In this document: in pieces, positions 17,464 to 33,384 of the stretch
How positions within the stretch are numbered: the first letter of the stretch is position 1
How the letters are laid out: each line of letters begins with the position of its first letter
Assembly: GCF_009914755.1 (NCBI RefSeq)
Contig: NC_060935.1
DNA length: 64,000 nucleotides
Source: the human T2T-CHM13v2.0 reference genome, Homo sapiens
Strand: one strand, 5' to 3'
The notes under the pieces: generated by a model
Told to the model about the DNA's origin: nothing
Seen by the model: only the letters and a program-made list of their open reading frames with translations
The model's database searches: none
Position numbers and translations under genes: made by a program

Positions 17464-17777
17464 TAACACACAACAAATATGTTTTGTTTATTTCTCTATG
17501 GATCAACTGACAACAGAGAATTAGTTTGTGACTCAATAAAAGGGTCAACTTGACACTAGAGTTGTTGCCACATAATGGACTTCCTCCAGAAGTATTGAGT
17601 TTCCATCACTAGTAGAGTTAAAAGATTGATTAGACAGCCAATTGGCTAGACCATATGGGCTGTTTGATGAGATGCTCTTTTCAACTTTGAGACTCCATGA
17701 TTCCTTCACATTGAAGGTATGGGGACAGAGCAAATTACCAAAGAGCAATACAAATGCTTTCAGAAGCTTTCATTCAT

Positions 17778-17972
17778 GCATTAGGTATTATAAGTAATCT
17801 ATTAAAGTATAGGTATTATAAGTAATCTAGACATGATTTAAAGTATATGATAGGATGTGCATAGGTTATATGCAAATATAACAGCTATTTTGTATGATGG
17901 ACTTGAACATCTGTAGAATTTGGCATCTGAAGGGGTCCTGGAACCAATCCCCTGAGAACACCAAGGATTGCC
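17778..17972 (+). mobile_element. Tigger3-like (TcMar-Tigger) DNA transposon 3' fragment
   Basis: AGGTATTATAAGTAATCTAG...GTGCATAGGTTATATGCAAAT...GGTCCTGGAACCAATCCCC matches the Tigger3/MER2-group end. Confidence 0.75.
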
Positions 17973-19365
17973 TAATTTACTATATGTTAGGCACTGTTCC
18001 AACCCTTAGGGATCTTGCTTTTACACTGGGTATGATGGTTATTGGCATATAAGCCTTTTATTTGATTCCTCTAGTTTCAAAGAAGTATATTTGGCCATCA
18101 AAATATACCCAATTATATAATCTAGAAAGTCAACCCAAATTTAATAAGAATTTGTTAACAAATTTAACAAGACAGATAATGTGATTCTCTTTCAATGACC
18201 TTTTGTATTGAATTTCGTAGACATTTGTGGCCATTTCTGCACTTGGGACAACAGATTGACCTTTTCCTCTTCTGTCCATTTAAAATGATTTATTAACTAT
18301 GCTGCAAAAAGATGATGCAAAAGGGCTGCTCAAAAAGGCTATATTTTGTGCTTATTTTCAATTTGGTGTTATTAGCCATATGTCATATAACCTTTCTAGG
18401 AAGAGAAACTATGCCTGGCACACTGATTCTGATTTGCTTATAGTCCTTCAATTTTAAGTCTAGACCAAGTGTAGTGATTACAGTGAGATGGAAGAAGTAA
18501 TGGTGGACGTTCTTAAATGCCTTAACAACACTCGTCTGTCTATTCTTTCTTGTTTTCCTTCATAGACTCCTCTCCCCCTGCCTTTTCATTAAAATGAAGG
18601 TATTTCTTAAAATTCTGTCTAGCTCTTCTATTGTGTTATTCTTCCTTACCATGTCATTCATGTGTACTCTTATCCCAGGTCTAGAATCTACCACTATTAA
18701 AAATTTTGGTAAATCTAAACACTGTATTTCCAAGCAACACTACTTTTCTATGTTTTTAGATCAGTGTATCCATCAATCTAGGCTAATTGAAATTTTGAAT
18801 TGTGTTATAACTTGTTTAACCATTTTCTTTTTATCTGTAAAATTAATTTTGACAACTTTAAGTGACATTTAGCAATTTCTCTAGTTTTAAGAAAATCTGC
18901 GTAATTGTTATATTTGTTTGGTTTATTTGAACTACGTTAGTGAGGTGATAAGCTAATTATCACTATGGTAAAATCAACCTCTTATCTCAATACAGATTGC
19001 AATTTCAGTGAATAATCACAGTTTTTTGCAATGAATCTTCACCAGAACTCTCTTTATCTAATTCATAAGATGGAATGGTTTGTTGTGAGACTTAAATTCT
19101 TAAAACATCCGTGACAATAGATCCCCACTTGTTTGAGTTTCTAATAAAATGATAACAGGTTTACAGATTTTGGCTTCTGTTAGTTTTTAGGAAAGATGAA
19201 TTAAAGAATTTGTAGATGAGACTTATAATTATCTTTTTGTTCAATGGAGTCCAAGAGGAAGAATAATAAAGAATACCATGTACTTCATTTATTTGCTGTA
19301 GATAAAATCCCAAAATCAATGGAAAGGACTTATGTCGCTATACAACCCAAGTAGAAATTTATTCA

Positions 19366-19687
<322 letters not shown>

Positions 19688-20060
19688 TCATTTATGCAGT
19701 CATTTACTTGATAAACATTTAAAAGATATATGCCTAAGACTAGGTGGGATGGACTATGTTAACATAAGACATAATTCTTATGGAATTTATGGCCATAACT
19801 GCATCTTTAATATTAGGGAGATGTTTACTAGAGTTTTCCCATCCAATCATAGAATCTTGGATCCAGTAGGTAATGCAAATGTCTTGTGATAAAAACTTTT
19901 AAAATGTAGTAAATTACCTTGGATGACTAAACTATCTAGATGGATGGACCTTATTCTGAATTTTCTTTGAAACTAGCAGTATTCTAATAGAGTTTCAATT
20001 AATTTAATAAGGCTACTTTGACTAATAGCCATTAAAAGGTAGTATAAAATGTGACATTCC

Positions 20061-21935
20061 TTTTTTAAAAATTAATAGCCCTTACTTTTAGAGCACTTTT
20101 GGGTTTATAGAAAAATTATACAGATCATACAGAGAGTTCTCATATACCCCCTCTTCCATATTCCTCCCCACAATTTACCTAATTATTAACATCTCGGTGT
20201 GGCATATGTGTTATAATTAATCAATATTGTTACATTATTATTAACTAAGGGTCATGATTTACATGAGGATTCACTCTTTGTATTGTATAGTTTTATGAAT
20301 TTTGACAAATACATAATGTCATGCATCTATCATTAGAGTATCATACACAATGGTTTCACTTGCTTAAAAATCCTTTTCACACCATCTCTTCATCATTCCC
20401 TACGTCCCTTTCTTTCTCCCCCTTGAGTCTCTGGTTTTAAGAGTTATTGTTATATTTTGGATAACAGTCCTTTATTAGATATGTGTTTTGCAAATATTTT
20501 CTCCCAGTCTGTGTCTTCTTGTTTCCTTTTATTAACAGTGTCTTTTGCAGAGTAAAAGTACTTATTTATTTATTTATTTATTGAGACAGAGTCTAGCTCT
20601 GTCACCCAGGCTGGAGTGCAGTGGTGCCATCTTTGATCACTTCAGCCTCCACCTCCTGGGTTCAAGTGATTCTTGTGTCTCAGAGTCCTGAGTAGCTGGG
20701 ACTACAGGCATGTGGCACCATGCCTGGCTAATTTTTATATTTTTAGTACAGATGGTGTTTCACCATATTGGTCAGGCTGGTCTTGAGCTCCTGACCTCAA
20801 GTGATCTGCCTGCCTTGGCTTCCCAAAGTGCTGAGATTACAGGCATGAGCCACTACACCCGACAGAAGCTTTTAATTTTAATGAAGTCCAACTTACTACT
20901 TTTTTCTTTCATGAGTCATACGTTTGGTATTTTATCTAAAAAGTCATCACCAAACCCAGGGTGACTTAGATTTTCTACAATGTTGTTGTTTTTTTTTTTT
21001 TTCCTAGAGGTTGTATTGCTTTAATTTTACAATTAAGCTTATGAAACCATTTGAGTTAATTTTTATGAAGGGTGTAAAGTCTGTGTCTAGCTTCTTTTTT
21101 TTTTTTTGCATGTAGATGTTCCATTGTTCCAGCATCATTTGTTGAAAATATTCTTCTTTCTCAATTGAATTGCCTTTGTTCCTTTGTCAAAGATCAGTTG
21201 AGTATACTTGTGTGGGTCTATTTCTGAGCTCTCTATTCATTGATCTATCTGTTTATTCTTTTTCCACCACCACATTGTTCTGATCATTATAGCTTTATAG
21301 TAAATCTCCAAGTCATGTGGTGTCAGTTCTCTGACTTCATTCTTCCACTTCAGCATTGCACTAACTAATCTGGCTCTATTGCCTTTTCATGTAAACTTTA
21401 GAATCTCTTAATAATCAATTCTCAAAATAACTTGCTGGGATTTTGGTTGAGATTTTCTTGACACTTTAGATCAAGCTGGGAAGAACTGATATCTTGAAAA
21501 TATTGAGTCTTCCTATCCATGAGCATGGAATAACTCCATTTATTTAAATCTTCTTTCATCAGAGTTTTGTAGTTTTGCTATTACAGATTTGTATATATTT
21601 TGTTAGGTTTATGCCTAAGTATTTCTTCTCTCACTCTTCAGTGTTAATGTAAATGTTGTTGCGTTTCTAGATTCAAATTTCAGTTGTTCATTGCTGGTAT
21701 AGGAAAGTAATTGACTTTTGTATATTAACCTTGTATCCTGAAACCTTCTATAATCACTTATTAGTTCCTGTAGTTTTTTTGTGTGTTGATTCTTTGGAAT
21801 TTTCTACCTAAACATTCATGTCATCCATGGGCAAAGACAGTTTTATTTATTCTACTCAATCTTATGCCTTTTATTTCTTTATCTTGTCCTGTTTTATCAG
21901 CTAGGATTTTCAGTGTAATGTTGAATAGGAGTGAA
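20061..21935 (-). mobile_element. Old L1 (L1MC-type) 3'UTR plus ORF2 remnant with an internal deletion
   Basis: L1MC-like 3'UTR at 20061-20430, then abrupt jump to degraded antisense ORF2 sequence (TTTGTCAAAGATCAGTTG, CCTATCCATGAGCATGGAA, ATGTTGAATAGGAGTG). Confidence 0.75.
20562..20863 (-). mobile_element. AluS (Sx/Sz-like) nested in L1MC
   Basis: (TTTA)n tail and complete antisense Alu body. Confidence 0.9.
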
Positions 21936-22669
21936 AGAACATAGTTACTTTTTTAAAAGAAAATATTTTATGAATTTGATAGTAGAATTAGGCAATTTAA
22001 TCCCATGTTAAATAAGAATATAAAATTTTGATTAGTAGGGTAGCCAAGCTTCTTATAAAATAATAAATTGCTGAGAAAACCAATTTAAATTCCCCTGGAA
22101 ACAGCGATTTCTGACTGACGTAATGGATCAAAAGGAGATTTTCTTTTAAGTCAGTGTCCAGGGAGTATGTAAAACAATTGAATAAGGAACCCCTCTTATA
22201 TTAAATACAAAGCACCCAGAGGAATAAAAAAATCAATAAACATACACACATACATGCAAGACACACCAGGGAGCATATAAAACATATAAAATATTCTCAT
22301 TTCCTAATTCAATTTGATAATAACAACTAATTTTAAAAATCAGACCTTTAGTGACTATTATGGAGAGACATAGTGGGTGAAAGGAAAGAAATTTTTTAGC
22401 ATCATTATAGACTACCAGATACCTTTGCTGTATTAAGATTTTTTTAAATGGAAAAACAGAAGAGATAAGGAAGAATAGAAACAAAGGATGACACAGTCAC
22501 ATGTTCACAAGACAAAGAAACGCAAACACACATACTCACTTCATACTGGAGTTGCAAATGTGAACTAGCACAGCTAAAAGGGAGAGACAATTACAGGGAC
22601 TCACAAAATTACTATGTAGGAGGCTTTCATGTGGATGAAGAGACAGGATAACAAGCACCTGCGGAATAA

Positions 22670-22701
22670 AACACACACACACACGCACACACACACACAC
22701 G
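22670..22701. repeat. Imperfect (CA)n microsatellite
   Basis: ACACACACACACACGCACACACACACACAC. Confidence 0.85.
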
Positions 22702-23203
22702 CCCACCATGAAGCTCCGTTCAAAATTCAAATGCATATAATCTGCAGAAAAACAAAGATACACTCATTTTAAAGCGTGTATCCCTGACACATTTTAAAGT
22801 GGATATCCCTGTTTCCATTTTGTTTTATAGATGGTTTGATTCTAACTTCATTTGGAAACATAGATGATCTGAAATCTTAATTTTTGAGAAAGAAAACCCA
22901 AATTTAGTCTTCAGGAGAGTTTTAAATATCTTGAAACAAAACAGGGGTTGGGATGCGGGAGCAGGGCAATGGGGACATTTAAGATGGAGTAACATCCCCA
23001 TCTTGTGGTATATCAGAATATTGACTCTTCTTTTTAACACTATTTTGATTTAACATAGTTTTGGGTAAAAACATATCTAACTTGATTATGGGAACACGAG
23101 AGAGTAGTGACACAGGAAATTGAATCTGCAATTTCTCAACCCATTAAATTGTTCATCAATGCTGAACTAATACAAGAGTTACATTAATAAGCGGCAGGTT
23201 TAA

Positions 23204-23625
<422 letters not shown>

Positions 23626-23648
23626 GAGGTTTCATTTTTAAAAAATGA

Positions 23649-24022
<374 letters not shown>

Positions 24023-24939
24023 TATTGTCTTGCACTTTCTAATATAACAAAAAGTGAAGACTACTGCCACCACCAAAAACAATGCTTGCTTTGCTATAAT
24101 CCTTTTCCTCAGACTGAGACACTTTGGCCTATTTAAAATGTGGGTAATGGCTCTAAAAATGCTTGTTTAGGATGCAGATGTATTCTCTATTTTGTCTTCT
24201 TTGACATTTTTATGTGGTTTTGGTTCTTTAGCATATGAAGTTTTATTTTTAATCAATCCATGATTTGTCCCTAAGTTGTTCTGATGGGAATATGAGAATA
24301 CATAAAGGGAATATGAGATACAGCTCCTAGTGACAACATACTTATAGTCTAGTTGAAGACATAGACATGCCTACAAGAATTATAATTTAAAAACAAAACA
24401 GTGCGCAAGTTATTTTGATGTGCCACATCAAATTTTGTAGTTCTTTCCATCTTCTGCTTTAGTCACTCAATTCACTTGATAACTCCTTGAGGAGGCATCA
24501 ACTGGGCATTTACTATTTTCATGATATTGTACTAGGAGCCATGAAGAATAACGAATAAAAGGTGCAGGGAAATATTAAAGCCTTTATAATCTAGTTTGGG
24601 TGACTAACCACAAAAATTTTTGGTGCCTACACCTATGTATAATATATTGACATAAATGGAAAGTGTGGGAGTTTTGGGTCTTAAGTGATAGGTCTCTCAT
24701 TCACATGTTAAACTTATTTTTAAATATAAAGATAAAGAAAATTTAGAAATGACGGAATAAAAATCTGTAACACTGCTTCATTACCAAGTATTTACTATTT
24801 TGATGTACAATTGATTTTCCCCCTCATCTCAGGGTTTAGAGTTCTTAAGAACCACTGTGTAGGAGACTATAGCTGAAGCACATAGACCATATTTAGAAAT
24901 TAGGACAGGATTACCAAGATCTTAACTCTTTTTAAAATT

Positions 24940-26148
24940 TAGTTAGAAAATATTTAGGAATAACTCTCATGAAAAGGTTCAAGTCTTTCTTGAAGAGAAC
25001 TACAAAATAAGTAGAGGAACATAAAAGAATCTTGATTAAGTGGATGTTCTTGGGTGTGAAATATTAATATTGTAAAGAAGTAAATTCTCCTCAGATTACT
25101 ACACAAATAGAATGCAATTCCCATTGGAATCCCAACTTTGCAACGTGGCTCTAAAGTTAATTTTAATAATTAAATTTTAGAGAAGAGCTAAACCTTTTTT
25201 TCTGAGGAAAATGAAGAAAGAAGATGAGTAAAGACAAACACAATTAAAATTAAAATCACCTGGTATTGGCAGAGGAAGAGAAAGACAGTTCAATGAGATT
25301 AGAAACCCCATAAAAAGTTATATTTAAGAATTTCATATATGATGAAAGTAATATTCTAAATTGGTGAGAAAAGAATGAGTTTGATACAAACTAATTTTGT
25401 AACAATTGATCCATCGTTAAAAAAATTTAGATTCTTACCTATTCCATACACCATCCAAATTCCAGATGGGTTAATATTTTAGCTATTAAAAATTGAAATA
25501 ACAAAATTAATAGAAGAAAATAAATGGTTACATAATCTTAGAAAGGCAGATTTTCCAAGTATGACATCAGAGACAGAAACCAGTAAGCAGAATTTGGTTG
25601 ATTTTATTGCACACTTATTAATATTGATTGAATAAATCAATATTAAACTACTGATCTTTTTAAAAAGAAAGAAATGAAACCGTGTCAACATATATAGGAA
25701 GGCAGTGTATTTTTAACATCTTTCACATAAAAGAAGTCTTATAAATCTATAAGAAAGTGACAAATATATGAAAAATGGAAAGAGAATGCCTAATTTAGAA
25801 AAAAAGCAACAGACTAACACTATGTCTCAAGAAAAAAAAGAGAAAAACAAAAACAAAAAAGTCAGAGAAAATGAAACAATGATGGCCAAAAACAGCACCA
25901 GGCAATTCAAAAAATAGGTCAAACAATTGGCCTACAATATAAAAAATTCAACTTTTCAAGTAATCACAGATAGGACATTACACATGAATGATGTGAGACA
26001 GAGTGAGATTCCATATTTTTATGTATCAAATTATAAAATATTAAAAATCAAATAATACCCTATATTGGCAAAAGTGCTTAAATGAGAGGAGGGTAAATTG
26101 GATGAAGCTTGCTTGAAAGCGTTTTAGCATATGCATTTTTTAAATTAG
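24940..26148 (+). mobile_element. Ancient L1 (L1ME-type) ORF2/3' remnant, continuing at ~29258-29830
   Basis: Degraded L1 motifs (AATGCAATTCCC, TGGTATTGGCAGAGG, AAATTCCAGATGGGTTAA). Resumes after the younger L1 with TAGGAATTTATCCTAAGGAAA. Confidence 0.55.
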
Positions 26149-26157
26149 AAATTTACA

Positions 26158-29100
26158 GCTAGTAGAAGATAAGAAATAACCTAAATCACAGCTGAACTGG
26201 AAGAGATTGAGACACAAAAAAACCATTCAAAAGATGAGTGAATCCAGGAGCTGGATTTTTGAAAAAATTAATAAAATAGACCGCTAGCTAGACTAATAAA
26301 GAGAAAAAGAGAAGATTCAAATAAACACAATTAGACACAACAAAGGGATATTACCACTGACCCCAAAGAAATACAAATAACCATCAGAGAATATTATGAA
26401 CTCCTCTATGCACATAAACTAGAAAGTCTAGAAGAAATGGTTAAATTCCTGAACACATACACCTCCCAAGACTGACCAGGAAGACATTGAATCCCTGAAC
26501 AGACATATAATGGGATCCAAAACTGAATCAGCCTAAAATAGCCTTCCAACCAAAAAAAAAAAAAAAAAAAAAAGAAGCCCAGGACCAAACAGATTCACAG
26601 CCTGAATTCTACTAGATATACAAAAAAAGACCTGGTATTGTTCCTGCTGAAACTGTTCCAAAAAATCGAGGAGGAGAGACTCCTCCCTAACTCATTCTAT
26701 GAGGCCCATATCATCCTGATACCAAAACCTGGCAGAGACACAACAGAAAAAGAAAACTTCAGGGCAATATTCTTTATGAATATTGATACAAAAATCCTCA
26801 ACAAAATACTGGCAAACCGAATTCAGCAGCACATCAAAAAACTTATCCACCACTATCAAATATGCTTCATCCCCAGGATGCAAGGTTGGTTCAACATATG
26901 CAAATCAATAAATATGATTCGTCATGTAAGTGGATCTAAAGAAAAAAGCCACATGATTATATCTCAATAGATGCAGAAAATGTTTTTGGTAAAATTCAAC
27001 ATTTCTTCATGTTAAAAACTCTCAATAAACTAGGTATTAAAGGAATGTGACTCAAAATAATAAGAGCCACGTATGACAAACTCACAACTAATATCATACT
27101 GAATGGGCAAAAGCTGGAAATATTCCCCTCGAAAACCAGCACAAGAGAAGGATGCTCTCTCTCACCACTCCTGCCCAACACAGCATTGGAAGTCCTTGCC
27201 AGAGTAATTAAGCAAGAGAAAGAAATAAAGGGCATCCAAATAGGAAGAGAGGAAGTCAAACTATCTCTGTTTGCAGACAACATAATCATATCTAGAAAAC
27301 CCCATAGTCTTGACTCAAAGGCTCCTTCAGCTGATAAAGAACTTCAGCCAAGTATCAGGATACAAAATCAGTGTACAAAAATCTCTAGCATTCCTATACA
27401 CCAACAACAGTCAAGCTGAGAGCCAAATCAAGAATGCAATCCCATTCACAATTGCCACAAAAAGAATAAAATACCTATGCATACAGCTATTCAGGGAGGT
27501 GAAAGATCTCTACAATGAGAACTACAAAACACTGCTCAAAGAAATCAGAGATGCCACAAACAAATGGAAAAGCATTCCATGCTCATGGATAGGAAGAATC
27601 AATATCTTCAAAATGACAATACTCTCCAAAGCAATTTATAGATTCAATGCTATTCCTATTAAACTACCAATGACATTCTTCACAGACCTAGAAAAATGTG
27701 TTTTAAAATTCATGTGGAAATAAAAAAGAGCCTGAATAGCTAAGGTAATCCTAAACAAAAAGAACAAAGCTAGAGGCATCATGCTACCTACTTCTAACTA
27801 CACTACAAGGCTATGGTAACCAAAACAGCATGGTGCTGTTACAAAAACAGACACACAGATTAAAGGAACAGAATAGAAAACCCAGAAATAAGGCAGCACA
27901 CCTACAACTATCTGATCTTTGACAAATCTGACAAAGATAAGCAATGGGGACAGGACTCCCTATTCAATAAATGGTGCTGGGATAACTTGCTAGCCATATG
28001 CAGAGATTGAAACTGGACCCCTTCCTTATATCGTACACAAAATCAACCCAAGATGGATTAAAGACTTAAATGTAAAACCCAAAATTATAAAAACCCTGGA
28101 AGACGACCTAGGCAATACAATTCTGGACATAGGAACAGGCAAAGATTTCATGAAGAAGATGCCAAAGCAATTGCGACCAAAACAAAAATTGACAAATGTG
28201 ATATAATTAAGCTATAGAGCTTCTGCACAGCAAAAACAAAAAACAAACAAACTCAAAACTAAAAACAACTGTCAACAGAGTAAACAGTCAAACTACAGAA
28301 TGGGAGAAAATTTTTGCAAACTATGCATCTGATGAATGTCTAATGTCCAGCATCTACAAGGAACTTAAATTTACAAGAGAAAAAACAAACAACCTCATTA
28401 AAAAATGGGCAAAGGACATGAACAGACACTTCTCAAAAGAAGACATTCATGCCACCAACAAACATGAAAAAAAGCTATCACTGGTCATTAGAGAGATGCA
28501 AATCAAAACCACAATGAGATACCATCTCACACCAGTCAAATGGCAATTATTAAAAAGTCAAAAAATAACAGATGCTGGTGAGGTTGTAGAGAAAAAGGAA
28601 TGCCTATACACTGTTGGCGGGAGTGTAAATTAGTTCAGCCATTGTGGAAGACATTGAGACGATTCCTCAAAGACCCAAAAACAGAAATATCATTTGACCC
28701 AGCAATTCCATGACTAGGTACATACCCAAAGAAATATAAATCATTGTATCATAAAGACACTTACATGCATATATTCATTGCAGCAATACTCACAATAGCA
28801 AAGACATGGAATCAACCTAAATGCCCATCAGTGATAGAATGGATAAAGAAAATGTGGTACATATACACCATGGAATACTATGCAGCTATAAAAAAGAATA
28901 AGATCACATCCTTTTCAGGAACATGAATAGAGCTGGAGGCCATTATCCTTAGCAAACTGATGCAGGAACAGAAAAACAAATACTGCAGATTCTCACTTAT
29001 AAGTGGTAGCAAAATGATGAGAACACATGGACACAGAGGGGAACAACAGACATTGGGGCTTACTGCAAGGTGGAGGGTGGGAGGAGGCAGAGAATCAGGA

Positions 29101-29248
29101 AAAATAACCAGTGGGTTCTAGGCTTAACACCTGGGTGATGAAATGATCAATACAGCATACCCCCATGACACAGTTTACCTATATAATAAACCTTCACAGT
29201 TACCCCTGAACTTAAACATTAAAAACGAATACAATTAAAAATAAAACA
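26158..29248 (+). mobile_element. 5'-truncated L1 (L1PA15/16-like)
   Basis: ORF2 remnants ([43 protein letters not shown]), L1PA15/16-type 3'UTR, TSD AAATTTACA at 26149-26157 and 29249-29257. Confidence 0.88.
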
Positions 29249-29391
29249 AAATTTACATAACTTTCAATCTAGTATTTTTGTGTTTAGGAATTTATCCTAA
29301 GGAAAGAATCATGGTTATGTGCCAAGATTGTGTAACAAAGACATTGATTGTAATAACAAAACCAGCAAACAACCTAATTGCATTTAAAAAA

Positions 29392-29514
29392 AAATTTCAA
29401 CTTCTACTTTAAGATTCAAGGGGTACACGTGCAGGTTTGCTACATGGATATGTTGTATAATGCTGAAGTTTGGGGTACAATTGATCTTGTCACCCAGTAG
29501 TGATCACAGTACTG
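29392..29514 (-). mobile_element. Short L1PA16/L1PB-type 3' end fragment
   Basis: TTTCAACTTCTACTTTAAGATTCAAGGGGTACACGTGCAGGTTTG...GTCACCCAG is an antisense L1 3' terminus. Confidence 0.75.
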
Positions 29515-30494
29515 CTAATAATATGTCACTGGTTATATAAATTAATTTTGACATACCATGTAATCATTAAGCGATATTGCAGAAGAATGTTTACTAGCAT
29601 AGAAAAAAAATCAATTTTTGACATGAGAAAAGAGGTCACAAAGTGTTTGTAATTCTTGTTCTACTTCTCTGTTTAATAAATACATACATCCCCTAAAATG
29701 GTAGGAAGAAGGATTTACAAACGATCTGTAGTAATATTTGGGTGGTGGGCCTAATAGTAATGCTTTTTTTTCATAGATATATTTTGTAGTTTTCTATAGT
29801 TTGCATTTATAAATTGTATAATAAAACCCCACAAAATTATATATTTGTTAATTTTTCTTGTAAGAAATTCTTATAAAATTGAAAATTCAGGGTTAAGTGT
29901 CCTGGTATATTTGTAACAAGTGTTCTGAGCTAAACCCAGTTGAAGACTGAGAATCCTTGTCAGAATCAATTACCAGTTACTGAGAGAAAAAGCTTTGGTT
30001 TCTGGGGCAAGTTGTGGACAGGCAGGCAGAAATCAACCTCAGCTCTTATCAGTGCTGAGCTCTCCCTCCTAGGCTCTGTGCTTGGGAAAAGCTTCCTTTA
30101 GCAGAGGCTGCTTTGGGAAAGAAGAATATATCATACCTGGAGCTTCAGCAGAAGTGGAAAATGGGTTCTGTGATCTTTAAAATATTGTAGGGAATAATAA
30201 AGAACTGTCATGTCAAAGCTGCAAATCATCTGTCTCCTGCAAGAGGCTCTGATATGGATGCATATTTGCTGTGGAATGTTCTTTCTTATCAGAAAGTCAC
30301 TTGTGTATGCAAATGTAGAACAAAACGTAATGAGAAAAAAGTTTGAAAAATGGCAAATAAACTCGGTTAAGGTTTAAATAACTCTTTGGGATAATGCAAA
30401 AATTTGTCTTTATATTGCAGGCAGAGTTGCTTCTCTGCATAGCTGTTTCCTTTGGAGAGAGATTTCTTCCCTATGTTTGTAGTTTTTAATTTTA

Positions 30495-32443
30495 AAAATG
30501 TTATTTATTTATTTTTTAATTAACAAAGATTGTACACATTTACTGTGCACAACATGATGTTTTAAAACCTGTATACATTGTGGAAGGCTAAATCAAGCTA
30601 ATTAATATGTATTACCTCACATACTTATCATTATTTTTTGTGGTGAGAACACCAAATATACTCTTTTGGCAATTTTCAATCACACAATACATTATTATTA
30701 ACTATAGTTGCCATGCTGTACAATAGATCTCTTGAACTTATTCCCTTTGTCTAACTAAAATTTTGATCTTCTCAATCCCAGACACTGCCCTAGCCCCTGT
30801 GGACAATCATTCTACCCTCTGCTTCTATAAGTTTGACTTTTACATTATATATATAAGTTTTTGTCTTCAGTGCCTGGCTTATTTCACTTAAAATAATGTC
30901 CTCCAGGTTCATACATGTCATTACAAATATTAGGATTTCTTCATTTTTTAATGGCTGAATAGTATTCTGCCTTGTTATTCTGTTTTGCATTACTATAAAA
31001 GAATACCTGAGACTGAATAATTTATAAAGAAAAGAGGTTTATTTGGCTCATAGTTCTGCAGGCTGTACACGAAGCATGGCACCAGCATGTGCCTCTGGTG
31101 AGGTCCTCAGGAAGCTTATTATCATGGTGGAAGGCAAAAGGGGAGCAGGCATCTCATGGCAAAAGAGGGAGCAAGACAGACAGGAGCAAGAGAGATATCA
31201 TATTCTTTTAAACAACCAGCTCTTGAATGAGCTCATTACTGGGTGGAGGGTACCAAGACGTTCATGAGGGAATCTGCCCCCTTGACCCAAATATCTCCCA
31301 CTGGGTCCCACCTCCAACATTGGGGATCACATTTCAACATGAGATTTGGAGGAGACAAATATCCAAACCATATCATCTACTGTGTATATATACCACATTT
31401 TAAAATCCATTCATTCGTTAATGGACACACAGGTTGATTCCATGTCTTAGCTATTGCGAATAATGCTGCAACTAACATGGAAGCACAGATCTCTCTTGAA
31501 CATACTGATTTCACTTCATTTAGACATAGATCAAGAAATGGGATTGCTGGATCATATAATAATATAATGGTTCCATTTTTAATTTTCTGAGGAATCTCTC
31601 AACTGTTTTCCATAACGGCTATACTAGGTTACATTTCATTTATACCAACTGTGTGCAAGGGTTCTCTTTTCTCCACATCTTTGCCAACACTTGTCTTTTT
31701 ATCTTTTTGATAATGGCCATTCTAATAGTTGTGAGGTGATATCTCATTGTGGGTTTCATTAGCACTTTCCTGATTAGTAATGAGCATTTGTTCACATACC
31801 TGTTGTCCATTTGTATATCTTCTTTTGAGAAATGTCTATTCAGGTCCTTTGTCCATTTTAAAATCAGATTATTCGCTTTCTTGCTATTGAGTTGAATCTC
31901 TTACATATTTTGAATATTAATCACTTACCAGATGTGTGGTTTGCAAATATTTTCTCCCATTCTGTAGATTTTCTCTTTACTCAGTTGATTGTTTCCTTTG
32001 CTATATAGAGAAGCTTCTTAGTTTGGTGTAATTCTATTCCATTTTTGCTTTTGTTGTCTTGCTTTTGTGATTATATCAAAAAAATCATTGCCCAGATCAA
32101 TGTCATGAAGCTTTTTTCCTATGTTTTCTTCTAGAAGTTTTAGAGTTTCTGATCATATATTTCAGTTTTTATTCGACTTTGAGTTGGTTTTTGAATATGA
32201 TTTGAGATACAGGTCCAATTTTATTCTTCTGCATGTGGATATTTAATTTTTACAACACCATTTATTGAAGAGACTGTCATTACATCATAGTGCGTTCTTG
32301 GCATTTTTGTCAAAAGTTAATTGACCATAAATGTGTGAATTTATTTCTGGGCTCTCTATTCTGTTTCATTGGTCTACATGTCTGTTTTTATGCCAGTACC
32401 ACACTGTTTTGATTGTAGCTTTGCAGTATGTTTTGAAATCAGA
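30495..32443 (-). mobile_element. 5'-truncated L1MA (L1MA8-like)
   Basis: GCTAAATCAAGCTAATTAA...TTACCTCACATACTTATCA 3'UTR followed by antisense ORF2 C-terminal sequence. Confidence 0.8.
30971..31375 (-). mobile_element. MST-family (MSTB-like) solo LTR nested in L1MA
   Basis: TACCTGAGACTG...AAACCATATCA termini, TSD TCTGC/TCTAC. Confidence 0.85.
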
Positions 32444-32482
32444 TAGTCCTTCAGTATTGTATTTAAATTGCAACATGCTTCC

Positions 32483-32484
<2 letters not shown>

Positions 32485-32525
<41 letters not shown>
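32485..32525. repeat. (TG)20 microsatellite
   Basis: Uninterrupted TG run. Confidence 0.95.
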
Positions 32526-32529
<4 letters not shown>

Positions 32530-33384
32530 GTGGGTGGAAATGTGCTTATTTTTATTTGTTTATATTAGAGTCGTTGGTTAGCGAAGTCAGGAGTTCAGAC
32601 GAAAACAAAAACAAAAACAAAACTGCAACAGATGAAATGCAAGCAGAGGAAAGACCATAAAAGAGAACTAAGCTGGTTTGTAGATGCTCAACATCCATTG
32701 GAGTATAAATACACTATATATAATGGAGAAATGTTAAAAATGAAAACCATTGTCTTTTTTTTTTTTTTTTTTTTTTACTGTGCATGGAAGTGAGATGTAA
32801 AGAAAAAAAATTTTCCTTTTCTGTGAATATTGCTTGAGATGAAGCTGATGCAGCTGTGATGAGATTGTCTGCTATGATTGTTGGGGTCACAGGACTGACT
32901 TCCATGGGTGCCAAGTGTACTTGCCCCTGAAGGAGATAAATTTTTCCCACTGCCAGTTTTCTGGAACAGAAAATGAGGATGGAAAGGCAGGCCTCGGGTT
33001 GGTTAAAGAAGGAACTCCTTTCTTTGTAATGTTGTCTTGAGTCTACTGTAGGTATTCTCATATGCACTTGCAACAGTGCTGGGAAGTAATTTTCTGCCAC
33101 AAGGAAGCAGGCTTGCAGCTACACAGGGAAGCAAACTGCAAAAGTCCCATAATAATAATCAGGGAGCCTGTAAAAGCCCAATGAGACTAATTCAGGAAGC
33201 ATGGATTCAGACGGCTGCTATATAAAATGCCTTAATTTTTTTTTAATGTTGTATTTCCCATCTCTTATTTCTGTCTTCAGTAAAGTTTAGATGCAGAATG
33301 TAGTATGGACTATGATGAAAAGAGTTAATTAAAATCTGTATCCATGCTTGTAAAGGAGAGAAGAGAGCAATAACTTTGCTTAAG

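Noticed and set aside
32714-33100. 128-aa minus-strand ORF in a repeat-poor region
   Set aside because: Non-ATG start, runs through a poly(A) tract (poly-Lys), no recognisable homology or supportable exon structure
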